Shown here: positions 1 through 8,992 of the stretch, piece after piece
Layout: each line of letters opens with the position of its first letter
How positions within the stretch are numbered: the first letter of the stretch is position 1
NCBI GenBank assembly: GCA_018819005.1
Contig: JAHJQU010000222.1
Location: forward strand, 1-37,412
DNA: 37,412 nt
From: Pseudomonadota bacterium
GTDB lineage: Bacteria > Desulfobacterota > Desulfobacteria > Desulfobacterales > RPRI01
Direction: 5' to 3'
Made by a program: the position numbers and the translations under genes
Notes under the pieces: generated by a model
What the model was told of the DNA's origin: nothing
Database searches by the model: none
The model's input: only the letters and a program-made list of their open reading frames with translations

Positions 1-280
1 AATATACCGGGCCTCTCAATATCCTGTTAATCTTATTTAACCTGTTGAGCACTTATTCATAAAATATATGTTTCAAAAACTATGCTATTATATTAGATTA
101 TTCTCCCAAACCCAACTAATCCCGAGATGATCCTTATATTAATATATTGTTTATGCGTCATTTTTAATTTTTATAAAAATATCTAACTACAATTGCATTT
201 TTCGTGTGTTTATGGCTTATTGTTAAATTATCGCTTAATTGCATAAAGCATCTTAAAAAACATTATATGAGTATCCGCAA

Positions 281-1762
281 ATGCCAAATAAAACAGAAAA
301 TGAATACCTTTTAAAAGCAGTAAAAGCCTTTAAAAGAAAGATTGTCATAATATCCCCCGATTTTAAAATCATTTCAATTAACACCGATCCAGGTCGGATT
401 TTAAAACATGATGTCACAGGCAAACTATGCTACCAGGCCCTTTATGACCGTAACTCCCATTGTGATAATTGTCCTGCGCTGAAGGTTATGGAAACAAAAC
501 AGCCCGCCATGGCGGACAGAATAACTGCGCCAAACCGTGGAAAGGTACTCTGTCTATATTCCTATCCGATACTCTCCGGAGATAACGTCGAGGCGCTTGT
601 TATTTTCGATTTTGATTTTCCATCCATCGAAAAACTGGAAGAAAGACTGAAAAGGTCGAACGCTTTTTTACGGAATCTGATTTTAAGCTCGGTGGACGGA
701 GTTATTGCGGCAGACATAAAAGGCAAGATTATCATTTTCAACGATTCCGCTGCAGAGATCAGCGGCTATAAGGTTGAAGAAGCTTTAAATAATCTGACTA
801 TCAGGGATGTTTATCCGGGCGATGGCGCAAGGGAAATAATGCAAAAACTGAGAAGTGACGAATATGGAGGAAAGGGAAAACTTAAATCACATATAGTTGA
901 TGTTGTCGGAAAAGACGGAAAATTAATCCCAATAAGCCTGAATGCTTCAATAGTATACGAAGAGGATCGTGAAGTTGCTACAATCGGTTTTTTCCATGAT
1001 ATGCGTGAAACCCTCATGATGAAAAAAGAACTTGAAAAAGCACAGATACAGATTCTACAGTCGGAAAAAATGGCATCTCTCGGGAAATTGGCAGCAGGCG
1101 TTGCACATCAGTTGAACAACCCGTTAAGCAGCATCGCCATTTTTTCACAGCTCGCGCTTGAAGAATATAAACTTGAGGAAGGGGCGCGCAATGACCTCAG
1201 CCGCATCAATAAAGAAGCCCGGAGATGCCGGGACACGGTTAAGGAATTGCTTGAGTTTGCTCGGCAGACCCGCCAGGAAATGCGTCCGCACGATATAAAT
1301 AGTGCTATTTTGCGCACCTTGTTTCTGCTTGAAAACCAAACCCTTTTTCATAATATTGAGATAGAAAAGGAGCTCTCTCCATCACTACCTGAGGTTTACG
1401 GAGACATTCAGCAGCTGAACCATATTTTTATGAACGTAATATTAAATGCTGCAGATGCGATGGAAGGAAAGGGAACACTTTCCATAAAAAGCTATAGACC
1501 TCCGCAAAGTGATACCATAATCATTGAAATATCAGACACCGGCTCCGGAATACCACAAAATATACTGCCGCATATATTCGAACCTTTCTTTACCACGAAA
1601 GAAGAAGGGAAAGGCACTGGCCTCGGGCTTAGCCTTGTATACAGCATTATAGATAATCACAAGGGAAGAATATATGCAAAGAGCAGCGCCGGGAAAGGAA
1701 CTACTTTTTTCATAGAACTTCCGGCGGCAAACCCGGATAATGGAGATCCTGCAATTGAATGA
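281..1762 (+). CDS. PAS-domain sensor histidine kinase (NtrB-like)
   Basis: 493-aa ORF with an N-terminal PAS-like domain (CY..L..R..HCDNCP) and a second PAS domain. H-box AHQLNNPL, N-box NVILNAADA, G-boxes DTGSGI / FEPFFTTK / GTGLGL. Confidence 0.93.
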   Translation: MPNKTENEYLLKAVKAFKRKIVIISPDFKIISINTDPGRILKHDVTGKLCYQALYDRNSHCDNCPALKVMETKQPAMADRITAPNRGKVLCLYSYPILSGDNVEALVIFDFDFPSIEKLEERLKRSNAFLRNLILSSVDGVIAADIKGKIIIFNDSAAEISGYKVEEALNNLTIRDVYPGDGAREIMQKLRSDEYGGKGKLKSHIVDVVGKDGKLIPISLNASIVYEEDREVATIGFFHDMRETLMMKKELEKAQIQILQSEKMASLGKLAAGVAHQLNNPLSSIAIFSQLALEEYKLEEGARNDLSRINKEARRCRDTVKELLEFARQTRQEMRPHDINSAILRTLFLLENQTLFHNIEIEKELSPSLPEVYGDIQQLNHIFMNVILNAADAMEGKGTLSIKSYRPPQSDTIIIEISDTGSGIPQNILPHIFEPFFTTKEEGKGTGLGLSLVYSIIDNHKGRIYAKSSAGKGTTFFIELPAANPDNGDPAIE

Positions 1763-1772
1763 TAAAATAAAT

Positions 1773-3251
1773 ATGTTGTCTGTTCTGGTTGTTGACGATG
1801 AAGAAGGGATCAGAAGCGGTGCTGAAAGAATTCTGGTCAAAATGAACTTTAAGGTCTCGACAGCTGCAAGAGGAAATGAAGCCCTTGATATTCTTAACAA
1901 AGAAGAAGTCTCCATAGTACTCCTTGACCTGAAAATGCCGGGAATTGATGGTATGGAGGTTTTGAGACGGATCAGGGAAACATACCAAAACATCATGGTA
2001 ATAATTATAACCGGTTACGCTACTGTTGAAACAGCCATTGAGGCCATGAAGCAGGGCGCATATGATTTTATAGCAAAGCCGTTTGAACCTGATCATCTGA
2101 GAATAGTTGTAAACAGAGCAAGGGAAAAAATAAGATTAAAAGCTGAAACCGAAATTCTTGAACGTGAAAGAAGAAAAACACTTGCCGATCTCGGGACAGA
2201 AAAAAGCCGCATAAGGACCATAATAGAATCTCTTCCCAACGGAATAGTCGTTACAAATTCAAAGGGACAGGTTGCCCTTGTAAACCCGGCCTTTTTCAAA
2301 CATATAGGCCTCGATCCGGCAGACAATCCTGCTGGAGAGCATATAAAACACTATGTCAAGGATGGGCGCTTCTGCAAGCTTGTAATGGAGATATCACAGG
2401 GGGAACATAATGATATAGTTGACGTGCCAACCTGTGAATTCTCACCGGTACAAGGAACGTTTCTCATAGCCAGAGGAAGGCCGGTATTTGGAGATGAAAA
2501 CGAATGTCTTGGTGCTGTTGTTACAGTTGAAGACATTACCGCAATGAAGGTTTTAGACCTGCTTAAATCAGAATTTGTGGCCAAAGTATCCCATGAGCTG
2601 AGATCTCCCCTTTCTACAATCCATGAACAGATAGCCGTTGTTTTAAAGGATATGGCCGGGGAAGAATCAAACGACGACAAACTCGTACTTGCACGCGCAA
2701 AGGAGAAAACCAGCGGGCTCATCTCCCTGATAGGTGACCTTCTCGATCTTTCACGAATTGAAACAGGCGTGGTATACCAGGAGCCAAAACCTTTAAATAT
2801 AGGAGTGCTGCTGAAGAGTATAGTCGACTTTCTCGGCACCAGGGCAAAATCCAGGCAACAGTCGCTTGTGTTGAAGCTCCCGGAAACTCCCTTGCCCTCC
2901 CTTACTATTGATCCGATGGCTATTGAAAGCATTTTCGGAAACCTGATTACAAATGCAATCAATTACACAAATGAAGGAGGAGAGATTACAGTCACTGCTG
3001 AGACTGATGGGAAAAATATCATTGTAAATGTGCAGGATAACGGTTTTGGAATAGACCCTTCATATCATGAGAAAATCTTCGACAAGTTTTTCAGGGTAAA
3101 AAATGATAAGACAAGGCATATAACCGGCACCGGACTTGGGCTTCCGATCGTAAAAGGACTTTTAAATGACCTTGGCGGATCAATAAGTTTAGATAGCGCT
3201 CCGGGCAAGGGAAGCGTTTTTACCGTATCGCTTCCTGTTAAAAAAGAATAG
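1773..3251 (+). CDS. Hybrid receiver-PAS-histidine kinase
   Basis: Receiver domain (VLVVDDEE, LLDLKMPG, TGY, KPF), PAS domain, H-box SHELRSPL, NAINYT, DNGFGI, GTGLGL. Start is either ATG 1773 or the overlapping ATG 1740. Confidence 0.92.
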   Translation: MLSVLVVDDEEGIRSGAERILVKMNFKVSTAARGNEALDILNKEEVSIVLLDLKMPGIDGMEVLRRIRETYQNIMVIIITGYATVETAIEAMKQGAYDFIAKPFEPDHLRIVVNRAREKIRLKAETEILERERRKTLADLGTEKSRIRTIIESLPNGIVVTNSKGQVALVNPAFFKHIGLDPADNPAGEHIKHYVKDGRFCKLVMEISQGEHNDIVDVPTCEFSPVQGTFLIARGRPVFGDENECLGAVVTVEDITAMKVLDLLKSEFVAKVSHELRSPLSTIHEQIAVVLKDMAGEESNDDKLVLARAKEKTSGLISLIGDLLDLSRIETGVVYQEPKPLNIGVLLKSIVDFLGTRAKSRQQSLVLKLPETPLPSLTIDPMAIESIFGNLITNAINYTNEGGEITVTAETDGKNIIVNVQDNGFGIDPSYHEKIFDKFFRVKNDKTRHITGTGLGLPIVKGLLNDLGGSISLDSAPGKGSVFTVSLPVKKE

Positions 3252-3266
3252 AGGAAGATACCGTTT

Positions 3267-5378
3267 TCAGTCCAAACTGCTCCTCGCAAGTTCATTCAAT
3301 ATGAACGTCAGCGGCCTCTCGTCTTCACACTTTCCAACGAACCTGATAGGACCGGGCCTTCTATAATCATCTTCACCCGGAAAAGCACCGAGCCATTTTT
3401 CCCTGAGTGCTTTAACTATCTTGAAACAAGGTGAATTCACATCTACAAGAGTCTTTTCCAAAACAAGATCAAGCTTCCCTTTTCTTTCTTCTATGTGCAT
3501 AAGGGAAGCAATAGGAATACCAATGGGCTCCCACAGTGCAAATTCTTTTTCAAGGTTTTTTATAGCCGCCATCTGGCCGGTTGCACCATTAGCTACAAGA
3601 CTAAAAGCAGTCAGACCTAAATTATATGCGTAAACACAGTCAAAACCGCTTGGGTCATTTCCTCTTCCGTCATAGCCGTAAAAATGCACCTGTGTCTTGA
3701 AACTGGGGACCGATTTTTTAAATATTTTTTCAACCTCTGCCGGAATCATATCGCTTTCCTGAATAATGCCATCTCTGACAAGAGCCTGTTTCAGTGTTTT
3801 AACCGATGTAATGGTCTCTTTCACAATAAGGAACTCATCTCCGTAGTTCTTAAAAAGTACTGGCCCGAACATATCCGGATAAAGATTCCCCTTTTCAAGA
3901 GTCTTGGCGTAATAAACTTTCGATATCCCTATCTTATACTGGCCTTTTTCTTTAAGAATATCAAGATAGTCTTTCACAAGCCCCATAAGTACTTTGTCGG
4001 TTTCAACCTGGGAAAACTGGAAATTGCCGTGGCTGTCCCTTTCCATGAGCAGTCCTTCCTGGAAGAATGCGGGTATGTCATTAAACAAATCATCATCCCT
4101 CGCATTCCATATTGTGAAAGTACCTTCTTCCCGTGAGGTTTTCGCCAGACGCCTCAGATATTCCAGCTTATCATCAAGGAGCGGAAAATTGGTATGGAAA
4201 TCGGTGTCATGGGTTGAATTATACTGGGCAATAATAGTATTAAACTTGATGATAAAAACCTGAATCTCATTTATAAATTCCAGTATGCCTTCCGGGATAA
4301 CCATTACGCCGTAATTCTTGCCGACAGCAGCCCTGCGAACAATCCCGTCGCATATCACACGGGACAGATGCCTCAAAGTCATTCCAAAAGCGGTATAATC
4401 GAAAGCTCCCTCCTTTTTTGCTTTCTCGATCCTTCTTGAATCGGTATAATCGGCAAGGTCTTCACCGATAAGCGTTATATTGGCATGTGTCTGGAGAGCA
4501 ACTTCGAGGGCAAGGTGGCTAGCAACTCTTCCCATTACCTTGCATATATGCCAGTATTTAACATCAGAGCTGCTGTCGGTGCAAAGATTACTTATTGCAT
4601 TTGCGAAAGCAAGTGCTGCGGTATGAAATCCAAACGAAATTGCGCACAAGACTGTTCCTTTTGAATCCCTCACCTGTATGTCTCCGTCAATCGTCTTTGG
4701 AACTCCTATAATTTGTATGCCGTCCTTATTCATCTCCTGCGCAAGGAATGCTGCATTCGTGTTCGAATCGTCACCTCCCACAATTACAAGCGCATCCAGT
4801 TTAAGTCTTCTGCAGGTCTCTTTTGAAAGGCACATTTTCTCTTCAGAATCTATTTTGGCACGACCCGTTTTTATCATGCCGAATCCGCCAAGATTACTGT
4901 ATTCGTCAACAATACCGTCGGTAAGCTCAACATATTCATTTTCAACAATCCCGTCCGGTCCAAGCAAAAAGCCGAATATGCTGCTTTCCGTATTAGCCTT
5001 TTTTGCTGCATGGTAAAATCCCGCTATGACATTATGCCCTCCGGGAGCAGGTCCGCCTGAAAATACAATGCCGATATTTCTTCGTTTATGATATTTCTCC
5101 TTATAAGAACTGTCAGGAGAACTAATGGCTTCAACATATTGCACCTTGTTATTTATTATGTCAGGCAAACGCTTTTTAGCTTCCTTATCAATATTAAACG
5201 TGAATTCGTCGCTTTCTCTCAGGGTGTTATATTCATTTAAGAACACATTACATATTGAAGGTTTGTTTCCCCTCCTTGTAATCAGCTCGTGATTAACATT
5301 GCTTACTGCCTGTTTTATATCAGGATTATTTTCAATAAGGGCAGCAAAATCGATGTATTTATCATTTAGCATAGACAA
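3267..5378 (-). CDS. pfp: Pyrophosphate-dependent phosphofructokinase (long-clade PPi-PFK)
   Basis: Motifs FSGGPAPGGHNV, GGDDSNTNA (GGDD is the PPi-type signature), PKTIDGD, MGR and GYDGRG. Confidence 0.88.
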   Translation of the reverse strand: MSMLNDKYIDFAALIENNPDIKQAVSNVNHELITRRGNKPSICNVFLNEYNTLRESDEFTFNIDKEAKKRLPDIINNKVQYVEAISSPDSSYKEKYHKRRNIGIVFSGGPAPGGHNVIAGFYHAAKKANTESSIFGFLLGPDGIVENEYVELTDGIVDEYSNLGGFGMIKTGRAKIDSEEKMCLSKETCRRLKLDALVIVGGDDSNTNAAFLAQEMNKDGIQIIGVPKTIDGDIQVRDSKGTVLCAISFGFHTAALAFANAISNLCTDSSSDVKYWHICKVMGRVASHLALEVALQTHANITLIGEDLADYTDSRRIEKAKKEGAFDYTAFGMTLRHLSRVICDGIVRRAAVGKNYGVMVIPEGILEFINEIQVFIIKFNTIIAQYNSTHDTDFHTNFPLLDDKLEYLRRLAKTSREEGTFTIWNARDDDLFNDIPAFFQEGLLMERDSHGNFQFSQVETDKVLMGLVKDYLDILKEKGQYKIGISKVYYAKTLEKGNLYPDMFGPVLFKNYGDEFLIVKETITSVKTLKQALVRDGIIQESDMIPAEVEKIFKKSVPSFKTQVHFYGYDGRGNDPSGFDCVYAYNLGLTAFSLVANGATGQMAAIKNLEKEFALWEPIGIPIASLMHIEERKGKLDLVLEKTLVDVNSPCFKIVKALREKWLGAFPGEDDYRRPGPIRFVGKCEDERPLTFILNELARSSLD

Positions 5379-5675
5379 CCTCGCGACATGTTGAAATTGT
5401 TTTAATAAACACCGGATATTAATTCACAGGTTAATTATACCATTCATAACTGCCGGGAAATATTCATGTCAAGCTTATTTAATTTATTTAAGCACCGGGT
5501 AAGAATTGTCACTGTTAACCAGGATCATTTGATATTAATTATACACCCAATAATTCATTATAACAATTTGACATTATTGTCTATACATTATTGCGATAAA
5601 TTAAATAAAGACCCCCTTTACAATATAATATTTATGATATACAAAGTTATTTTAATTATTGTTTCTTATACATCT

Positions 5676-5803
5676 TTTGAACCGAAACAGTGAGCGCATT
5701 CTCCGCCGAAGGTCAGCCGCGGCGGGGTTAGCGAGCGAATCAAAAATAGGCACTATTCTCTACGGTCGAATATTTCCCGCAGTTTGATGCGGGGAGATTC
5801 AAA
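5676..5803. repeat. GC-rich palindromic element (REP/PATE-like), single copy in window
   Basis: TTTGAA...TTCAAA ends. Two internal hairpins, CCGCCG..CGGCGG and CCCGCA-GTTTGA-TGCGGG, in an otherwise very AT-rich spacer. No target duplication seen. Confidence 0.5.
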
Positions 5804-5817
5804 TACAGGAGCAGCCA

Positions 5818-5970
5818 ATGCGGGAAAAAAAAGAAGCAATAGAAGTAATATGCCCTAAATGCAAACGGACTGCAATAGTATATATACCGAAAGAGGATAT
5901 ACCCCAATGCAGGGATTGCGATATTATGATGATATTCAGAGAGCTTCTAACGGAAGGCAAATCATATTGA
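5818..5970 (+). CDS. Small 50-aa double-CxxC (zinc-ribbon-like) protein, not in ORF track
   Basis: Hand translation: MREKKEAIEVICPKCKRTAIVYIPKEDIPQCRDCDIMMIFRELLTEGKSY*. An AGGAG RBS lies just upstream of the ATG. Confidence 0.8.
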   Translation: MREKKEAIEVICPKCKRTAIVYIPKEDIPQCRDCDIMMIFRELLTEGKSY

Positions 5971-6016
5971 TTTAATGCGTATTAAATAAAACAAACATTG
6001 ATGGAGGAGGTATTTA

Positions 6017-6895
6017 ATGAAGAGAATTTTAAATTTTTCGTGGGTTGCTGGTATCATTGTTTTAAGTCTGCTTCTGGTTGCAGGTTGTGGAAAACAGGAA
6101 GAAAAAAAGGCTGTAGGCCAAGCCGGAACATCTTCCGATAGCGTACGCATGCAAATTGTAAAACAATCCACTCTGGAACATATTCTGCAAAAAGGAGAAC
6201 TCCGCGTTGGCTTTGAAGCCGGATATATGCCTTTTGAAATGACCGATAAAAACGGAAATTTCGTGGGATTCGATATTGACATAGCAAGAGAAATGGCACA
6301 GGCGCTCGGAGTCAAATTTGTTCCTGTCAACACGGCATGGGACGGTATTATTCCTTCTCTGATTACAGAAAAGTTCGACATAATTATGAGCGGAATGACG
6401 GTAACACAGGAAAGAAATCTTAAAATTAATTTTGCAAATCCCAATATTGTAGTCGGCCAGACAATTCTTATTAACAAAAAACACCAGGGCGTAATTAAAT
6501 CCTATAAAGATCTTAATGATTCTAAATACACTGTTACATCAAAGCTTGGCACAACAGGCGAACAGGCTGTAAAAAGAGTCATACCGAAAGCAACATACAA
6601 ATCTTTCGAGACAGAACCTGAAGCAGCCCTTGAAGTAGTGAACGGGAAAGCCGATGCTTTTGTTTATGACCTTCCTTACTGTGTCGTGTTCATGGCTCAG
6701 CAGGGAGTCGGAAAGCTGGTATTCCTCGATACACCTTTTACATATGAACCACTTGCGTGGGCAATAAGAAAGGGTGATCCTGATTTTCTTAACTGGCTTA
6801 ATAACTTTTTAAGTCAGATAAAAAATGACGGCAGGTATGACAAGACTTATGACAAGTGGATTAAAAGCACAGACTGGATAAAAGAAGTTCAGTGA
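6017..6895 (+). CDS. Polar amino-acid ABC transporter substrate-binding lipoprotein
   Basis: Lipobox VAGC; family-3 SBP motifs GFDIDIA, WDGIIPSL..KFDII.SGMT.T.ER; GGAGG RBS. Confidence 0.93.
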   Translation: MKRILNFSWVAGIIVLSLLLVAGCGKQEEKKAVGQAGTSSDSVRMQIVKQSTLEHILQKGELRVGFEAGYMPFEMTDKNGNFVGFDIDIAREMAQALGVKFVPVNTAWDGIIPSLITEKFDIIMSGMTVTQERNLKINFANPNIVVGQTILINKKHQGVIKSYKDLNDSKYTVTSKLGTTGEQAVKRVIPKATYKSFETEPEAALEVVNGKADAFVYDLPYCVVFMAQQGVGKLVFLDTPFTYEPLAWAIRKGDPDFLNWLNNFLSQIKNDGRYDKTYDKWIKSTDWIKEVQ

Positions 6896-6911
6896 TATAA
6901 ACCGAAAATAC

Positions 6912-6945
6912 AAACCGGCAGGGCAACAAAGCCCTGGCCGGTTTT
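6912..6945 (+). terminator. Intercistronic stem-loop / partial intrinsic terminator after the SBP gene
   Basis: AAACCGGCAGGGC-aacaaa-GCCCTGGCCGGTTTT. Confidence 0.7.
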
Positions 6946-7020
6946 CTTATTATATTATCTGATTGTCAAACTGCCCTGACAAGATATCAGATAAATATAG
7001 AGGAAGCTGCAAGCATAAAA

Positions 7021-8025
7021 ATGAATCAGCCTGCAACTATTAAAAAAAGCAAAACCGCTTCTTATTACGCCTGGGTGGGCGTTTTCTTCCTGTGTCTGGC
7101 CGGGCTGATTGGTGCTTTGTATTATTCCACAATAAAAATTGACTATGTCTGGCGATGGTATCGGATTCCTCAGTATTTTATATTCAAAGAAAAGATTGAT
7201 ATTAAATCCCAGGTTGTTGGAAGGATATCCGAAATTTCATATCATAATGGCAAAGCTCTTATTATTGTTAAAACTGATGGAGAAGATAAAACATATGCAG
7301 TTCCCGAAGGTGACATTAAAGTATCCAAAGGAGAATATGTTAATCACGGATATGTATTAGCCTTCTACGAAAAATGGAAGCCCGGCATCCTGCTTCAGGG
7401 TTTATGGCTTACAATAAAGGTAAGCGCCATCGCTACTCTCCTCGGAATACTTATAGGCCTTATTGGCGGTCTTGCACGCCTCTCGTCTAACCCAGCTTTT
7501 AAATGGGCATCCATAATATATATAGAAATTATCCGCGGTTCCCCCCTTCTTGTTCAGATATTTATCTGGTACTTTGTTCTCGGCACTCTCATAAATACGA
7601 TTTTAGGTAAATACGGAATAAATCCCATACCTCCTTTATGGTATGGTGTAGCCGCTCTTGCATGTTTTACCGGAGCATACGTTGCTGAAATAGTAAGGGC
7701 CGGAATACAATCGATACACCGTGGACAGGTTGAAGCATCGAGATCTCTCGGCATGACGTACGCTCAGTCCATGCGATATGTAGTCCTTCCCCAAGCATTG
7801 CGCAGAATACTCCCACCGCTGGCAGGCCAATTCATCAGCCTTATAAAAGACTCTTCCCTTTTAGGAATCATTGCAATAAGAGAGCTTTCAAAAGCAACAA
7901 GAGAGGTTGTTACAACCAGCCTTCAACCCTTCGAACTCTGGTTTGTCTGTGCGCTTTTGTATCTTGTTCTTACATTTACTCTCTCCATGTTTGTTCAGTA
8001 CCTTGAAAGGAGGACTGCGGTATAG
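7021..8025 (+). CDS. Amino-acid ABC transporter permease (HisM/GlnP family) with an extra soluble domain
   Basis: [33 protein letters not shown] (EAA loop), LIKDSSL. Confidence 0.93.
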   Translation: MNQPATIKKSKTASYYAWVGVFFLCLAGLIGALYYSTIKIDYVWRWYRIPQYFIFKEKIDIKSQVVGRISEISYHNGKALIIVKTDGEDKTYAVPEGDIKVSKGEYVNHGYVLAFYEKWKPGILLQGLWLTIKVSAIATLLGILIGLIGGLARLSSNPAFKWASIIYIEIIRGSPLLVQIFIWYFVLGTLINTILGKYGINPIPPLWYGVAALACFTGAYVAEIVRAGIQSIHRGQVEASRSLGMTYAQSMRYVVLPQALRRILPPLAGQFISLIKDSSLLGIIAIRELSKATREVVTTSLQPFELWFVCALLYLVLTFTLSMFVQYLERRTAV

Positions 8026-8756
8026 TGATCGAAGTTCAAAATATCTATAAAACCTTTTTGATCCCCCATAGAGTTGAGGCACTGGTTAACGTCTCATGCA
8101 AAATAGAAGCAGGTGAAGTGGTTGTGGTCATAGGACCTTCGGGATCCGGAAAAAGCACTCTTTTAAGATGTCTTAACCACCTTGAAGCGGCAGACAGCGG
8201 TAAAATTATTATTGAAGGGATTGATATCCTTGATCCTAAGACCAATATCAACAAACTTCGCGCTGAAGTGGGAATGGTTTTCCAGTCCTTTAGTCTCTTT
8301 CCTCATAAGTCAGTTTTAGAAAATATAACTCTGGCCCAGAAAGTCGTTCGTAAACGTACAAAGAATGAATCCCTGGATAAGGCATTTTTTCTGCTGAACA
8401 AAGTGGGAATTAAAGATAAGGCAAATGTATATCCTGACCAGCTTTCAGGAGGACAGCAACAGCGTGTGGCTATAGCAAGAGCCCTTGCGATGGATCCCAA
8501 GATCATGCTCTTTGATGAGCCGACTTCAGCTCTTGATCCGGAAATGATAGGGGAAGTTCTGGACGTTATGAAAAACCTTGCAAGAGAGGGAATGACCATG
8601 GTCGTCGTAACCCATGAAATGGGATTCGCAAAAGAAGTTGCGGACAGGGTAATTTTCATGGACATGGGAGCAATAGTGGAAGAAGGAACACCCGAGCACT
8701 TTTTCACAAATCCCGAAAATGAAAGGACAAAATTATTCTTAAGCCAGATACTTTAA
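8025..8756 (+). CDS. Amino-acid ABC transporter ATP-binding protein (GlnQ family)
   Basis: Walker [34 protein letters not shown]; GTG start overlapping the upstream stop. Confidence 0.95.
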   Translation: MIEVQNIYKTFLIPHRVEALVNVSCKIEAGEVVVVIGPSGSGKSTLLRCLNHLEAADSGKIIIEGIDILDPKTNINKLRAEVGMVFQSFSLFPHKSVLENITLAQKVVRKRTKNESLDKAFFLLNKVGIKDKANVYPDQLSGGQQQRVAIARALAMDPKIMLFDEPTSALDPEMIGEVLDVMKNLAREGMTMVVVTHEMGFAKEVADRVIFMDMGAIVEEGTPEHFFTNPENERTKLFLSQIL

Positions 8757-8806
8757 TATATGCCGGTGTCCTCTTTTTTCCGGCTTAACTTGTTTAAAAC
8801 AGTAGG

Positions 8807-8853
8807 GCACCATATATTGTACCTATATTATCACAATATACCCTCCATTGTGT
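8807..8853. promoter_or_regulatory. Candidate NrdR-box pair upstream of smc
   Basis: 8807-8822 GCACCATATATTGTAC (reverse complement GTACAATATATGGTGC) resembles the NrdR consensus acaCwAtATaTwGtgt. A weak second site, ATACCCTCCATTGTGT, lies 31 bp away. Confidence 0.4.
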
Positions 8854-8860
8854 TTTTTCC

Positions 8861-8889
8861 TTTACAACCTGTTTATTATCTGTTATAGC
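8861..8889 (+). promoter_or_regulatory. Possible sigma70 promoter for smc
   Basis: TTTACA-17 bp-TATAGC with a TG extension; the -10 element is imperfect. Confidence 0.35.
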
Positions 8890-8992
8890 TCAAGCGATAG
8901 AATATTATCCGATTCTTTTATAATGAAATTTCCGATTTTATGTGGTTCGAAGTATTATTGTCAAAACAATCAAAAGGAGGGTATGTCTTTAT

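Noticed and set aside
5466-5693. 75-aa ORF in the pfp/ABC divergent spacer
   Set aside because: Low-complexity AT-rich translation, no RBS; probably promoter DNA.
8942-8992. smc start at GTG 8942
   Set aside because: SMC homology begins at MKLKSL (8993), and an AGGAGG lies within this segment.
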